A stretch of DNA of 64,000 nucleotides, taken from the NCBI GenBank assembly GCA_964035545.1, contig OZ037773.1:6539751-6603750 (forward strand), read 5' to 3'. Within the stretch, counting starts at the first letter, position 1. The number at the start of each line of letters is the position of its first letter. Source of the DNA: Bugula neritina (Eukaryota > Animalia > Bryozoa). The notes beneath the pieces were generated by a model. That model worked only from the letters and a program-made list of their open reading frames with translations, was not told the DNA's origin and made no database searches. Shown in pieces: positions 1 to 16,500 of the stretch. The position numbers and the translations under genes are program-made.

Positions 1-489
1 CCATTTTATACATAATACAAAACACTCTGCCGTTGCTACTAGCAGATAGTCATGATATCCATTATACATTATACCATTGAGGGAATATACATGCATTTGA
101 CTAAAATAAGTTGTGATTTGCTCATTTGCTCCCCCTCTCCCTTCCGTACTCCAGTCATAAACCTCAGCCATGCATGCACCTTAGCTACAGTTCATTGAAA
201 AAAGTTCACTCAGAATTTTGTAGTACATGTTAGTAAAGATTTTTTTTTAATAAACGTTGCTCTGAAGTGAAAATAACAAAACATTTTTAGTTTTAAACAG
301 TAAAGATAATGGCACTGCAGAACCGAGTGACGTGCGTTTGATTTTGCCTTCCTCTGCTATCCGTAGTGGCACAAACTGTACAGCTAAAACAAGAATTTTG
401 CTGTAGATCTGAAAGAGTATCTTTATTTATTTGTAATATTAAATAAATAAAGATCAGATGTAAGAAAATACGCAAAATTTCAATATATT

Positions 490-711
490 TGTTGTGTCCC
501 ACCCGGTACCGGGGTACAATGGGCCAATTTTTTTGTCATGAAAATTTCATTATTCTGAAAGTTGTGAGAGAGATAGAAACAACAAACTGGTACCTGTAAT
601 AGACAACAGATGTAGCATTAAGACTAGAAATTATTGAACTAGTAACTTGAAAAACAGACGAATGAGAGCAACAAATACAAAATTCGGCCCGTTGTGCCCC
701 TGTTACCCCTA
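490..711. mobile_element. End of a DNA transposon/MITE with inverted repeats, inserted at a TA in intron 3 of NCS-like copy A; may extend left to the window edge
   Basis: taccggggtacaatgggcc (~507-525) is the imperfect reverse complement of ggcccgttgtgcccctgtta (~686-705), and the element ends ccccTA. Homology to the paralogous intron at 6442+ stops exactly at this point. Confidence 0.55.
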
Positions 712-713
712 TC

Positions 714-2620
714 TGATTTTCCTTTCATCATAAAATTTTCTTTTTCTTAATGCTTTGAGATGATGATAAATATCTCCAAATATTAGATGGTATTAAAGTT
801 GTTTAGTAATTATTCCAAGGGCAGGATTACTGAATTAGCATACCAATATATCAGTAGATATATAGCGAGTCATTTCTGGGTATCGCAATTTTAAGTTTAA
901 ACATTTCTATTTGAGAAAATATGTTTTTTAAAGAGTGTTTTGCAGGAAGTAAATAAACATATAAATATTGTGCTTTAGAAGCATATGCAATAATATTTTA
1001 ATTAAATACAGCTGAATTAAAAATTTTAATGCTCTTATTTTACAACTTCAATGAAGTATATGAGTTGGTTATCAAAAATATAATTCAATTTTCAAAGTAC
1101 AACTTTATTTATTACGTAATAACATTATTTCGGTAATGTTTGCTGTATATATGTACTATCAGCTACCTACACTTGCCTTGTATTTTTATTTTTCTGAGAA
1201 TTATTTCTTGCTTAACAAAATGTTAATAAATAAATTGCAATTTATATGTATATTTTGTATAAATTTTGATTTGGGAAGAAATGGTTTTCTAATTATTTGA
1301 GGTACTCACTTCTCTAGTGATATATCCAGATGGAAATCTCTCAAGAAAAAAGCCATGCCTAAAACAAAGGAATCAGTAGTAACACTTGTCAGTGTTTAGG
1401 TTTTACAAGTTTTAGCAAGTTGTTTTTACACTTTTTTGTTTTAAAAATTGTACCAACACTAAACTCTAAATTTTACTAACTGCAATGATTTGCAGTTCAT
1501 AAAATCAAAGTGTTATGTTATAAGTTAGTTTGCTCTTTAGTTTGTGACCTTTGCATTCATTAACCTGTAACTTTAAAACTAATAGGAATTTAGTTTGAAA
1601 ATTTGAAAAGTGCATATCACGTTTAGACATTACTTATCTAAAAGAAATTTAAAAAACAAAAATTACAATATTTGGAACATGCTGCAAATAATCCATTTAT
1701 AGTGTAGCTCATAAACTCTTGAAAGTTCTTATATAATTTTATAAAATTTAAAATTTAAAGAAATAGTAAGTAAATGGAAGTAAATTTAGATTTTACATGC
1801 TACGATTCAACAAGTTTGATCAATAAAAATATTTAATCGCTTTTGGGTGACTCACCAGTGTATAATTTCTATGCAGTTATCTGTAAAAAAAATTGTTTTA
1901 TACATTAGAAGAATTACAGCTGCAAGTTGTTACAGTAAAATACTATTCAGAGAGAGATATAATATAATCATTTACTACAGCAGAAGTGCAAAAAACACAA
2001 CTCAAATAAAGACTACTTATATTTCAAAAACTTGCAATTTTGACACAGTTACTGAATTTATAGAACATTGCAATATTAAAAGTCTTAACCAAGACTTCTA
2101 TTCATTCTTCTAAAAGAGGTTTGATTTGGATGCTAAATGACAATACAGTGAGAATGATATGTTAATGGAATAAGTTCTTACTCACTGATATTGCTGCTGC
2201 AGCTGAAGCATCTTTAAAAGAAAGCAGTGAATTTTTTATAGAAACTTAGCTTACAGTTCATCAGAAACAATTAACCAGAGTGACTTTACCTTTCCAATGA
2301 GCAGTCTGCTAATGCTTTGAAGATGAAAAAATTTAAGTATGACTGTTAGTGGAGAGTGAGTACTTACACCGAGTTCGATTCACTAACTTTATGATTTTCT
2401 TGGACGAAAGAGTTGGCGCACGTCTACCGCCACTTGGGCCTCTACTTTGACTGCCTAAATTTCCCATCCTGATGTGTTAAACGTTTTAGATTCAGAAGTC
2501 TCAAACTCCCCAGATAAAGTTTTGGAATGCATTTAGAAAAATTATTTGCAGGCTATGCTTGTTTGCTTGTTGTTTTCACTAGCTTTAAAGCAGCTTTCAT
2601 AACTTATGTATTTACATACA
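714..2620. repeat. Segmental tandem duplication, copy A (paralog of ~6442-8028)
   Basis: 714-1855 is nearly identical to 6443-7534. 2330-2620 aligns more loosely with 7670-8028. Confidence 0.95.
1310..2467 (-). CDS. NCS/recoverin-family EF-hand protein, copy A, exons 1-3 only (2467-2368, 1880-1856, 1358-1310); 3' exons absent or outside the window
   Basis: Spliced translation MGNLGSQSRGPSGGRRAPTLSSKKIIKLVNRTR-Y-NCIEIIH-W-HGFFLERFPSGYITRE. Introns are GT-AG with the same phases as copy B. MGxxxS myristoylation motif present. Confidence 0.8.
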
Positions 2621-3861
2621 GTCATGATCAAAATTAGGAAACCACCAATAAATAATTTATTTTTGCAGTAGATTCATATTTTGCTCAGTATTTATAAAGT
2701 GAAATGAGAAAAGATGCACATCAATGGAAAGCTAATTATGCTCTCTACAATAATCTCTAAAAATATCTTTTACTTTAGTAAGTTTAATAAAACTTTGAGT
2801 CAATATAGTAGCATTGGTATTGAAATACTCTAAAACAAGCTGCACTTATTTTTTTTAAAGAAAAAGTGCTACACTAAAGATCTTGTTTTATCAAAATTTA
2901 TTTTCAAAACGCAATTAGTAGCCCTGAGAAAATTTATTGGGGTTGTTCAATGCATCATGTTTTTGGTTGACCAGCCATTGCTGTTAATTATAGTTTGACA
3001 ACGTCTCAGGATGCTGACAACCAGTTTGGAGAGAGCAATTCCAAAGACAACATTCAAAGTCTGGATTAAAAGATATAGATTCTTTTGTTGAATGTTATTT
3101 TTCTTCATGTGTGTCTATGTTAGCGCCATTTAGTTTTAGGTTGAAAGTTTTCTTCTGCGTTCTTATTAGGTAGGAGTAGTAGTAGAAAAATTGAGAAGGC
3201 TCTGCATATGTTTTAGGTTATACAAATGTAGCAGAATAAATTATTTACTTGTGACAGTTTTAACTTTGTCCCAAACCAAAGTTTAGTAATAAAATTAAAG
3301 AACTTAGCCTTTCTCAATTTCTCAACTACTGCTTTTAAGTTATGGTACTTATAGCTGTTTTTCTACAAATAATATTTTTCATAAGTTTTTCCCATCTATA
3401 ATAATATAATATATGACTACCTATAGAAATGCTGAGCAACTTGCAATGTACTATGAGACTCAAATCATCTTTTTATAATTATTAACAATGTGGTTACAAT
3501 TTGACCAATTCTTGTGTCAGCATAATCATCAGTTATGAATAATAATATTCATTTCAGGTAAGTGAGTTGTATTCTTCAAATAATTTTTAATAAGTGAATT
3601 ACAATAACAAATGAATACAAAATGATTATTATGAAAACAAACAGGAATAAGAAACAGTCAGATCTGGGATAGGTCAACGTCCATCAGCTCCTCCTGTATA
3701 TTATATTTTATGTTGAGGTACTCTGACATGGGTGTGGTGTTGACAGTTTTCTAGAATTGAAATCTTAAGTTTCGTCCTAAAATAATGTAAAGCATGTACA
3801 ATAATTGCCACCATTCAATTATTGATAACAAAAAAGAATTCTTAAGTAATGCTTAAAGTAT

Positions 3862-7821
<3,960 letters not shown>

Positions 7822-8497
7822 CGTGAGGTGTTAAAAGTTTTAGATTCAAAAGTCTTAAACTTTCCAGGTAAAATTTAGGATGATGGCTAAGAGAGTTAGT
7901 TAGCTTTGGAATGTGGTTAGGAGATGTGAAAGTGAAGCAATTTTAGTTGCAAGCTATAAATGCTTGTTTGCTGGTTGCGTTCACTAGCTTTAAAAGCAGC
8001 TTTCATAACTTAGCTTATATCTACATATGCTTTTTGTTACTATAAGTTTAAATGTATATATATATTTATTTTATATATATATATTACAGCACTTATAAAA
8101 TATATTACTGGGACATTGCAACATTATAAGCTTTTCAAAAGTGTGCAAACTATTTAATTAATTGAAATACAATTTTTCAATTTTAGCAAGCACTTTTGCT
8201 TAAATTCTTTCTCTCTCAACCTCTTCTGGTATGTGCCCATTCCAAATCTATAAGCTCATCCTAGAACCAAAACCAAACTATCAAAGCATACATAGTTATT
8301 GTTTAGTTTTACATTATTAATCAGAGAATTAACTTTTGAATTAGCTGCGGTGTAAGTTATTGTATATTAAAATACAATAAAACATAGCGACATAGCGCAA
8401 TGTTCATCACAAAGTCAAAAATAACAGCATCTTATCATCTCTTACATTATTTGTATGTTCTATGCTGCTTGCTGCATGACTTTAGTGTACTATTGGT

Positions 8498-11116
8498 ATG
8501 GCTGACTACGAGAGTGATAGTCAAGGAGAGGATTTCTACAATTATGTATGTGAAAGCATTTATATTTTCATTTTGAATTGGATCAACATAATAGCTCAGT
8601 TATGTATTCAAAATTAAAGCTCAAAAGTTTTACGGCAACTAGTGTAATCGCAAAAATTAAAATATTTTCAGTTTCACAATAAACTAGTTTCCATCAATTT
8701 ACATGCTACTTTTTATTTTGCTGTCTTAGTAGAAACTTAAAATATATTATATTTTCTTAGATTTACAATTTCATATTTAGTAATTGCCTATTATTATAGA
8801 CCATGCTCATTTTTATACATATATTATATCTTAAAATTTCTGAGAAAGTATATTAAAAGTTATAAATAATCATAATTTTACAAGTCACATTTTTTAGTCT
8901 ACAAACATCATGTTTTTATAGTCTACTCTTTGTGAAGCCCACCAATTCCATTCTTTGATTGTTTTGTTTTGTTTTGTTTTCTTTATTTCCATCAAAAAAA
9001 CAAAAGGACAAAAAAAATACAAATATACAACAGTAACACAAAAAGAGCTAAATTCAATTTATATATAATATCAATCGAAGTCAAGATGGGGGCCCATGTG
9101 CTCAGTAGCATAGCTATTCAAGGAACGGGGCCCAAGTGGCAGTTGAAAAAATATTGGGAACTATTTATTCAGATTAAGTTAAAGATTTTAGTAGGTGCTT
9201 TTTCAACAATATTTTAAATGTGGCAAAGCTTTGATGATGTCTTAAAGTCAGAGGTAGCTTATTCCAATTGCTAGACATCTGGTAGGACACTTGACGATGA
9301 CCTGCTGCGGAGGTAGAGAGAGGTAAGGGTAAGGAAAGTTCAGAATGTCTGGTGAGGTAAGTTGGTGGTTGTTTGGTGTGAGATGGAGTATAATAAGCTG
9401 AATGACCAAGAAGACATAGGCGGTAGATATACAAGAGATCAATAGGAAGAATTTCTGCTTTGATAAATAGAGGTGACGTGTGTTCAGTAGGTGGTTTGTG
9501 GAAAATAATGCGAATAATGCGTTTTTGAATTAAAAGCAACTTGTTCAGATGGGTTTTAGGGGCGTTTCCCCAGGCTTCTAAGCAATATGTAAGTTTGCTG
9601 TTTATCAGACTGTTATATAATAAAATCAAAGCTTTGTATGGTAAAAACTTTGAAGCTAAGTATATCATACCAGTTACTTTGTTGAGCTGAGTCCTTAAAG
9701 AATTTATATGAGCACACCAGTTTAAGTTAATGTCAATGACTACACCTAAAAATTTTATTTCTGAGCTAGGTGAGAGAGGTATATTGTCAATATGGATGGT
9801 ATTGTTAAGTACAAAATTCTTTTGGTAGTTTTTAACAATGATATAGTTTGTTTTTGTTAAGTTTAGAGTTAGTTTGTTTGCAATGCACCAGTTATTAACT
9901 TTATTTAGTGAGGAGTTTATATTTCCAATATCAGCATTTAAATCTTTGCTCTTCCAAAAAAGATTTGTGTCGTCGGCAAACAGAATAGTATCAAATAAAG
10001 GACAATGGGTAGCTAAATCATTTATGTACAGCAGAAAGAGCACAGGGCCCAAGATAGAGCCCTGGGGAACTCCACAGGTGATATGCAAGGAATTGGATAT
10101 ACTGTTCTCTATTATAACATGCTGTGTTCGATTGGTCAAGTAGTTTTGGATTAAACTTATGGAGTGAGAATCAAAATTGTAATCTCGTAGTTTCTGTAGG
10201 AGTGAGAATCAAAATTGTAATCTCGTAGTTTCTGTAGCAAAATATTGTGGTTGATTGTATCGAATGCTTTTGAGAAATCAATGAAAATACCCAATATTAC
10301 TAATGAGTCATTAAGTGCTTTGAAGGATTGGTCTGAAAACTTTAACAGTGCGTCTTGTGCACCCTTCTTCTGTTGGAAGCCAAATTGAGAAACCGACAAA
10401 ATTTTGTGTAGGTTTAAATGTTCATTTAATTGCTTGCAGATTATTTTTTCAAGTATTTTAGAGTAAACTTCTATATTACCTTATTTCTATCATTCACCTA
10501 AAATTAATTCATCCATATATATTTTTTTTAATTTAAAATTGCTGAAAATATCAATGCTTGACATATTTAGTTATTAAACAAACTATTTTGTGTAGCTTAC
10601 AGTTAGACTCAACTAGTATCTCTTATTTTATAACAAGTCTTTTTTCCTATTTGATTATAGTCTGCATAATGTCTAGTTTTCTCCAAAATTTATGTAAACA
10701 GTAAATATTAAAACTATGCACTAACTTTGTGAAATATATCACGTTTGTGTTGTTAATATTGTAAGACTTTTTCAAGGAAGAGTTTTTAAAAAGTTATGTG
10801 TTATAAGATGCACAAAAAAGGTACAAAGTTGATTCAGAGCCAACCATCATGGTTCCAAGTATTTTAATCCCATCACATTATGATTTCTCAGGAGAAGGAC
10901 TATTCCTACGTCAACCCGTTGGAAGAGATCTCCACGGTAACCAAAGTGATGTTTGCCGTTTTCCTTGTGTCGGTGTTTCTCTCCATACTCTGCTGCTACT
11001 GCCTATTCAAGTGTTGCTGGGCTATGCTCAAAGACCCTTACAGGCGGTGCAAGATGAAATGTCTCGCCAAGATTGACTTCCTCTGCTGCCGAGACTCAAG
11101 TAAATATTGTAGATGA
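8498..11116 (+). CDS. Two-exon single-pass membrane microprotein, 90 aa (exons 8498-8545, 10892-11116)
   Basis: ggtATGG start; exon 1 encodes MADYESDSQGEDFYNY and ends at a phase-0 gtatgt donor. Acceptor ttctcag precedes EKDYSYVNPLEEISTVTKVMFAVFLVSVFLSILCCYCLFKCCWAMLKDPYRRCKMKCLAKIDFLCCRDSSKYCR*. Codons are GC3-rich in AT-rich flanks, with one ~21-aa hydrophobic segment. Confidence 0.7.
8958..10470 (-). mobile_element. 5'-truncated non-LTR retrotransposon (LINE, CR1/L2-group-like) RT region with 3' UTR and (AAAAC)n tail
   Basis: RT motifs QFGF, IDFSKAFDTINH, GVPQGSILGPVLFLLYIND, FADD, KFLG. AATAAA then (AAAAC)n at the 3' end. A 38-bp tandem duplication at 10161-10236 frameshifts the ORF. Confidence 0.95.
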
Positions 11117-11486
11117 AATGTTTAGAAAGTACAAGCAGCCATTACAGCAAAGCAAAAAATTTGCATCTTATGATTTACTGCTACAGATATAGTTGGTGTT
11201 TATGTAATATGCTTACGCTTACATTTCTGATGATAGAATTATTAATTAGTATATTACATCACTTTCCTATTGAGAAGTTATATAATCAATTTCTAACTTA
11301 GCATAATTAGAGGCAAAATTGAAATGAAAACTTTGTCATCATTACATTTACATTTTAATGTGTCATATATTATATAGCAAGTAGCCACATGCAATTTCAG
11401 CATATAAATGTTTATTGCAGTGGTTGCTTTTACATCACTAGCCTATACTGAATATAACATTAAGCTCAAGGGTATAGACCTTAATG

Positions 11487-11824
11487 CAGGGGTGTCCAAC
11501 CTTTTCACAGCGAGGACCACTGAAAGGGATATTTTGTGGCAAGGGTCACATTGGAAATTTTAGCTTGTGCTGGGAGCCACAGTATTAGCATTGTTCAAAT
11601 TACGTTGTTCTAATTCTTATGAATCATTGCACAATTAAGTCACAATAGTTAATGCAGGCTGCTTGTTTTGTAGCATGTGTAGAAATAAGACATTTAAAAG
11701 GTGGTTTTTCACTCTGATTCATGAATACTGTAAAAAAATAATTTTGGCATTATGCCTTTAAGGGCTACATAAATGTAGTGGGGGGGGTACATCTGGCCCT
11801 GGGGTTGCCTGTTGGACATCCCTG
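11487..11824 (+). mobile_element. Non-autonomous hAT-type MITE
   Basis: TIRs caggggtgtccaac...gttggacatccctg; 8-bp TSD-like flanks ccttaatg/ccctagtg; second copy at 62336-62692. Confidence 0.85.
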
Positions 11825-13500
11825 CCCTAGTGAATAGATAGCAACTATGTTTTGCATGTTTTGTAGAATATCGGCAAATTGTCTATGTAGCGGAAAAGGC
11901 GGGACTAAAACCTACGCCAACGTACAAAGAATATCTTGTCATTAAAGAAGATCTAGCAAATTGTGAAGAATTTAATTTAATTTTCAAAGTTTAATGTATT
12001 TCAATAAATTTGATAGTCAGTTTCATTAAAAAAATAATTATGTACTATGATATGTAGCTATTGTAATTTTTTACAATTAAAATTTCAGTATTGTAACTAA
12101 AGTAAATTAGTGCAAAAGTTACATATTATTCTGCAAATTATTTATAATGCATTATTTTTATAATTGTTTTTGCCAAACAATAACCAGTTATTTCTTAGCA
12201 TATCATTTAGGTGAGGGAAATTATATTTAAACCTTAATGTAATTGGTATATTGATGCCAATGGACATTATATATTTCTGTAAATTATTATTGGTATTTTA
12301 AGTTATATCTTGTTAAATATTATGGTAACAATAATCACATATATTGTGCCTTCATTTATATTAAAATACATTAAACATTGAATGTAGCTCTATACTTTTC
12401 AGCAATAAAACTAGAATAAGTGAAATATCAGTCTGATAAAATTAATTTAGGCCTATAATGTAAAATTTTGCAACAGTGCATTTTTTTCATTAGCTTAAGA
12501 AATACAAGTTCATGTTTTGCATTAACAAATTTTTAAAAAGTGAATATACTATCTTATATATCTTTGTGATTAAGAGTTGTGCTGTAGAAATATAAATTTG
12601 CAGTTGTTTGTCATTTTTTACCTCAAACTGTATTTCTGTTTTATAATTTTGTTGCACTGCACAATACACATTCAATGTATACAACACAGGGCATATCTCG
12701 CAAGAGTTTCCTACATACCATATCTTATTTTAAATTCTGCATTTCTGACATGAAAACTAGCAGTTAACTTTTGTACAAGTAGTTAGAGATTCAAAGTGTC
12801 ATACAAAATGCAATATTATGATATTTCGAAATATATTTAGTGTAATAGTGTAAAAAGGAATAGATTTTTAGTATAAACTGCTTTAACAGACTTTTATTGA
12901 GTGCAGGGAAACACTAAAAATTACAGAGCCGAAACTTTCCATTACCAAGAGCATAGCTATGGTAACTCCATCACAAAAAATCCATTAAGAAACAATGTGT
13001 TGCTTAGGAAACCTGTGTATTAGTATACTATATTATTGATGAAAGTTAAAATGTCCGAATATTATCACACGACTTTTTGTATTGATATGTTAACATAGAA
13101 ATTACACATGAATAATTGTGAATATTACAAACAAACGTTCATCTTTGGCAAGTTTTCACCTAATGCAAGCGATGACTAGCAGTGGAGTATTAAGGCCAAA
13201 ACATATCAGATTAAACTTTCTAGGTTAGGGTGGGTAAAGCAGTGCTGGAAAAGTTTTGAAACCTAGAAAAGACAACTTCTCAATAATATATATAATTTCT
13301 GCAAGCAATGAGGGCACCATTGATATGTTTCAGTCAACTAAATCATTTTTCTAAGATTTCAACCGGGGAAACTGTCTAAATTAAGTTACAAACTATTCCA
13401 AGCACCAAACACAATAACAATTCAATATATTAAAATATAATATATTTCACTTCCTTTGACAAATTTCAACCAACATCCCAGTACACAAATATAACATTGT

Positions 13501-16500
13501 CTAGCTGCCGCTAACAGTGCCCAAAGTGCTCGGCACTTTACGCTGCCTTAGCCCCGAATCTTGACTTCCAGCAACTGTAATCCTGGAGCCTGATGTCAGG
13601 TCTGTGTGCGTGGAGATGTTAGCGGTTGGGGCGCCGGCAGAGAGGCCCGTCATTTGGCTAAACGTGGCATCAGATATCTTCTGAATGGGTCCTGACAACG
13701 CCTGCAAAGTACATGAACGGATATTCCAAGTAAGCTAAAGAAAGAAAGTATATTTGCTACATCTGATCTACCATTAGCTGACGACTATAACATTGAACAG
13801 CAAATATATTAACAAGTCTTAAATTAACAAGAGAAATCCGTCATAGCCTGGACACAGTAAATATTACTGTAAACTATCAAAATTTAACAGCAAATTGATG
13901 TCGAGGAACTATAAAGGAAAGTACAAATAAACTGTAAAAAGAAAAAAGAGTTTGCAAAGCAGAAATCTTTATTGTGCAACAATGTAATATAATCAATTAT
14001 AAGTTATTTTTAAACGAGCTGTTTTGGAAAAATTAACATATATTGCAAATTTTGCTTTTTGATAAAATTTTTTTTTAGATTACTGATGAAATTATTGCAC
14101 CGGAAAAAGAATTTTAGATTATAGCTTTCAGTAACAAAACAAAAGACAACTCCTCTAACTTTCAGAGAGAAACAAATTATGAAAGTTGTTTGTTGTGGGT
14201 GGGTCAAAGCCCCTCGTAGGATAGTATAACAGAGGAACACAACTAACACAGAACAGAAACCACAGACTACCTGGGAGCTAGAGGGTGGAGACGCGGCAGC
14301 AGGCCGAGAAGCTGAGGCAGCACAAAGCTGGTGGAAAACATCTCCGAAAAAAACACCCTTAAAAACATTTCCGTTTCAAATTTGTTTGACAAATACGATG
14401 AGAAACTAAAGGAACTTTTAGGGGAGAAAACTCCAGCTCATGAGGCAAAATAAAGTAAAACATGGTGCTAGCTAAGGGAATAAATGGAAAAATGGTACTG
14501 TGAAAGAAGTGTGCAGAGCTGACCACCTAATATAAACAACGTTTATTTTGTCATCTACTTTCTACAATTTAGAAACATGGGAAATGCATTCACACAAATG
14601 AAAAGTACCAAATAACGACCTCAACATTCCACTAATCATGACAGCCGGTTATTGGAGAAATCAACTTTCACCATTACCTCAAGTATAGTATCTTTTGGCA
14701 CAGTTTGAAACTTGGAAAACAAGACGCAATTAGTATTGTTAATATCAGCTGAGCAGATTACTTACCAAGTCCCATATGAGTTGAGCAAATTCATCTATTT
14801 TAGTGCCGACTTCACGCAGTTCACCACTCTGTCTGCAGTAGCCCCAGGTGGCCAACAGGACCAGGGATATGAGGAGCATTGCGTTGAGTAGAGACACGAG
14901 TCCATTGATACCCAGCACAGCAAACAGACCTGCAATCAACACCGGAATCTGCAGTTCAAACCTAACAGATGATTCACTAAATCACTTTTAAACCAGAATA
15001 CCATGGGAGTCAGTTTACTTCATTTAGTACACACCAGCAACTTATGACCTAACATTGAAGTTTGCTCAAAATCAATTGAAATTTACTATACATGCTATGT
15101 TTATGTGCTGGTTTTAACTACGCATAACAGAAAAGGCTGGAAGGGGATTCCCCAACATTAAAGCACAGGTCATTGTCATGTGCACTTAATATTCTATATG
15201 TGTGACCGTTACGAAAAAACCGTAACGCTCCGTAACCAAAAATAGCTGAATAATTAGGAAAAAACATAGGAAATATAGCAAAATTAAAAAGAACTTTGAT
15301 TATTTAGGGGTATTTATTGGTGTTTTACTAGTTTTGACTAAAAGACCATGTTCATTACCAGCTAAATTGTGAAAGATAGCCAAAGACTGAAGATATCCAG
15401 TGTGTACTAAATTAAGTAAAATGACCCTTGGCCAATTGCTACACAAATTGGCGTTTCAGGTTCTCTAACAAGTTTGTGTTTATAAACGTGTTATGTTTTT
15501 ATTTCATAATGCTTCATAAATACTGAAATAAAGTTTCAAAGGTTAAAGTTCATTGCAATTTTTAGAGAAAGTTCACATCACCTTTTCACCTTTAGCTTGT
15601 GAATTACGCAATCTACTTTTGGCAACTATATTGCATTGTAAAATTAGACTCATGGTGATAATATCAAAGCCTTATTATACCTTTCACTCTACCTATACTC
15701 TATTTCAGCCAAACACTAACTTTAATTCTAAATATTGAGCAAACCTCCAGCTTTCTAATGATTTCCAGCTGTGAAAGACTAGCAACATGTAATACAGAGA
15801 CACTCTGTTCCATAGCCTTAGATCTCAGGAACTAGACTCACCTGACATCAGGTAGCAGATAACAAAGCAGGAGAAGAGAGTGATGGGGGTTCTCATAGTA
15901 CGGAGGATGCTCTTTGCCTCGTTGGCAGACAAATAGTTCTCCCACGCCTCGTCTATAGCGTGCTCCAACTCTTCCAGGTACGACGAGCTGAGAGTAGAAC
16001 CAAGAGTCAGTCACATGTAACATTGACTCTGAGATCATATCTTACCATATAAGGTAGGCATAGAGGAAATATACACTAGACGGTAACTTGAAATAGTTGT
16101 GAGCCACTCTTTCATTCACACCAACCATGGCTCATTTCAGTTGAGTCAAGATAGGTGAGCTTGTAGCGCTATTCAAACTGCTTTACTCAAATTCTAGATG
16201 GTTTCCATGATTTCAATAATTACAGATGTATATACATTATACTATCCATCTACACTCTACACTGACTATTCTACACTCTACACTGACTATTCAACACTGA
16301 CCCAAAACTCAAGAAATACATTCAACAAACCTAAACTCAGCTCCGCCTATTTTCTTGACGCTGTGAAAAGCGTCCACAGATTGTTGCCTGAAAATTTTGT
16401 GTGCCTCTTTCAGTTGTTCTGTATTCAAATAGGGTTTATCTCCTCCGCAAGTCTGAAATATAAGACTAATAGCTAAGTGGTTGGCTGAATTTAAAAAAAA

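Noticed and set aside
10849-11076. 75-aa overlapping ORF with a good Kozak ATG, and ATG 10880 as the microprotein start
   Set aside because: GC3 bias and the TM/Cys pattern favour the other frame. Both ATGs lie upstream of a good acceptor (10891) that joins in phase to the 8498 exon.
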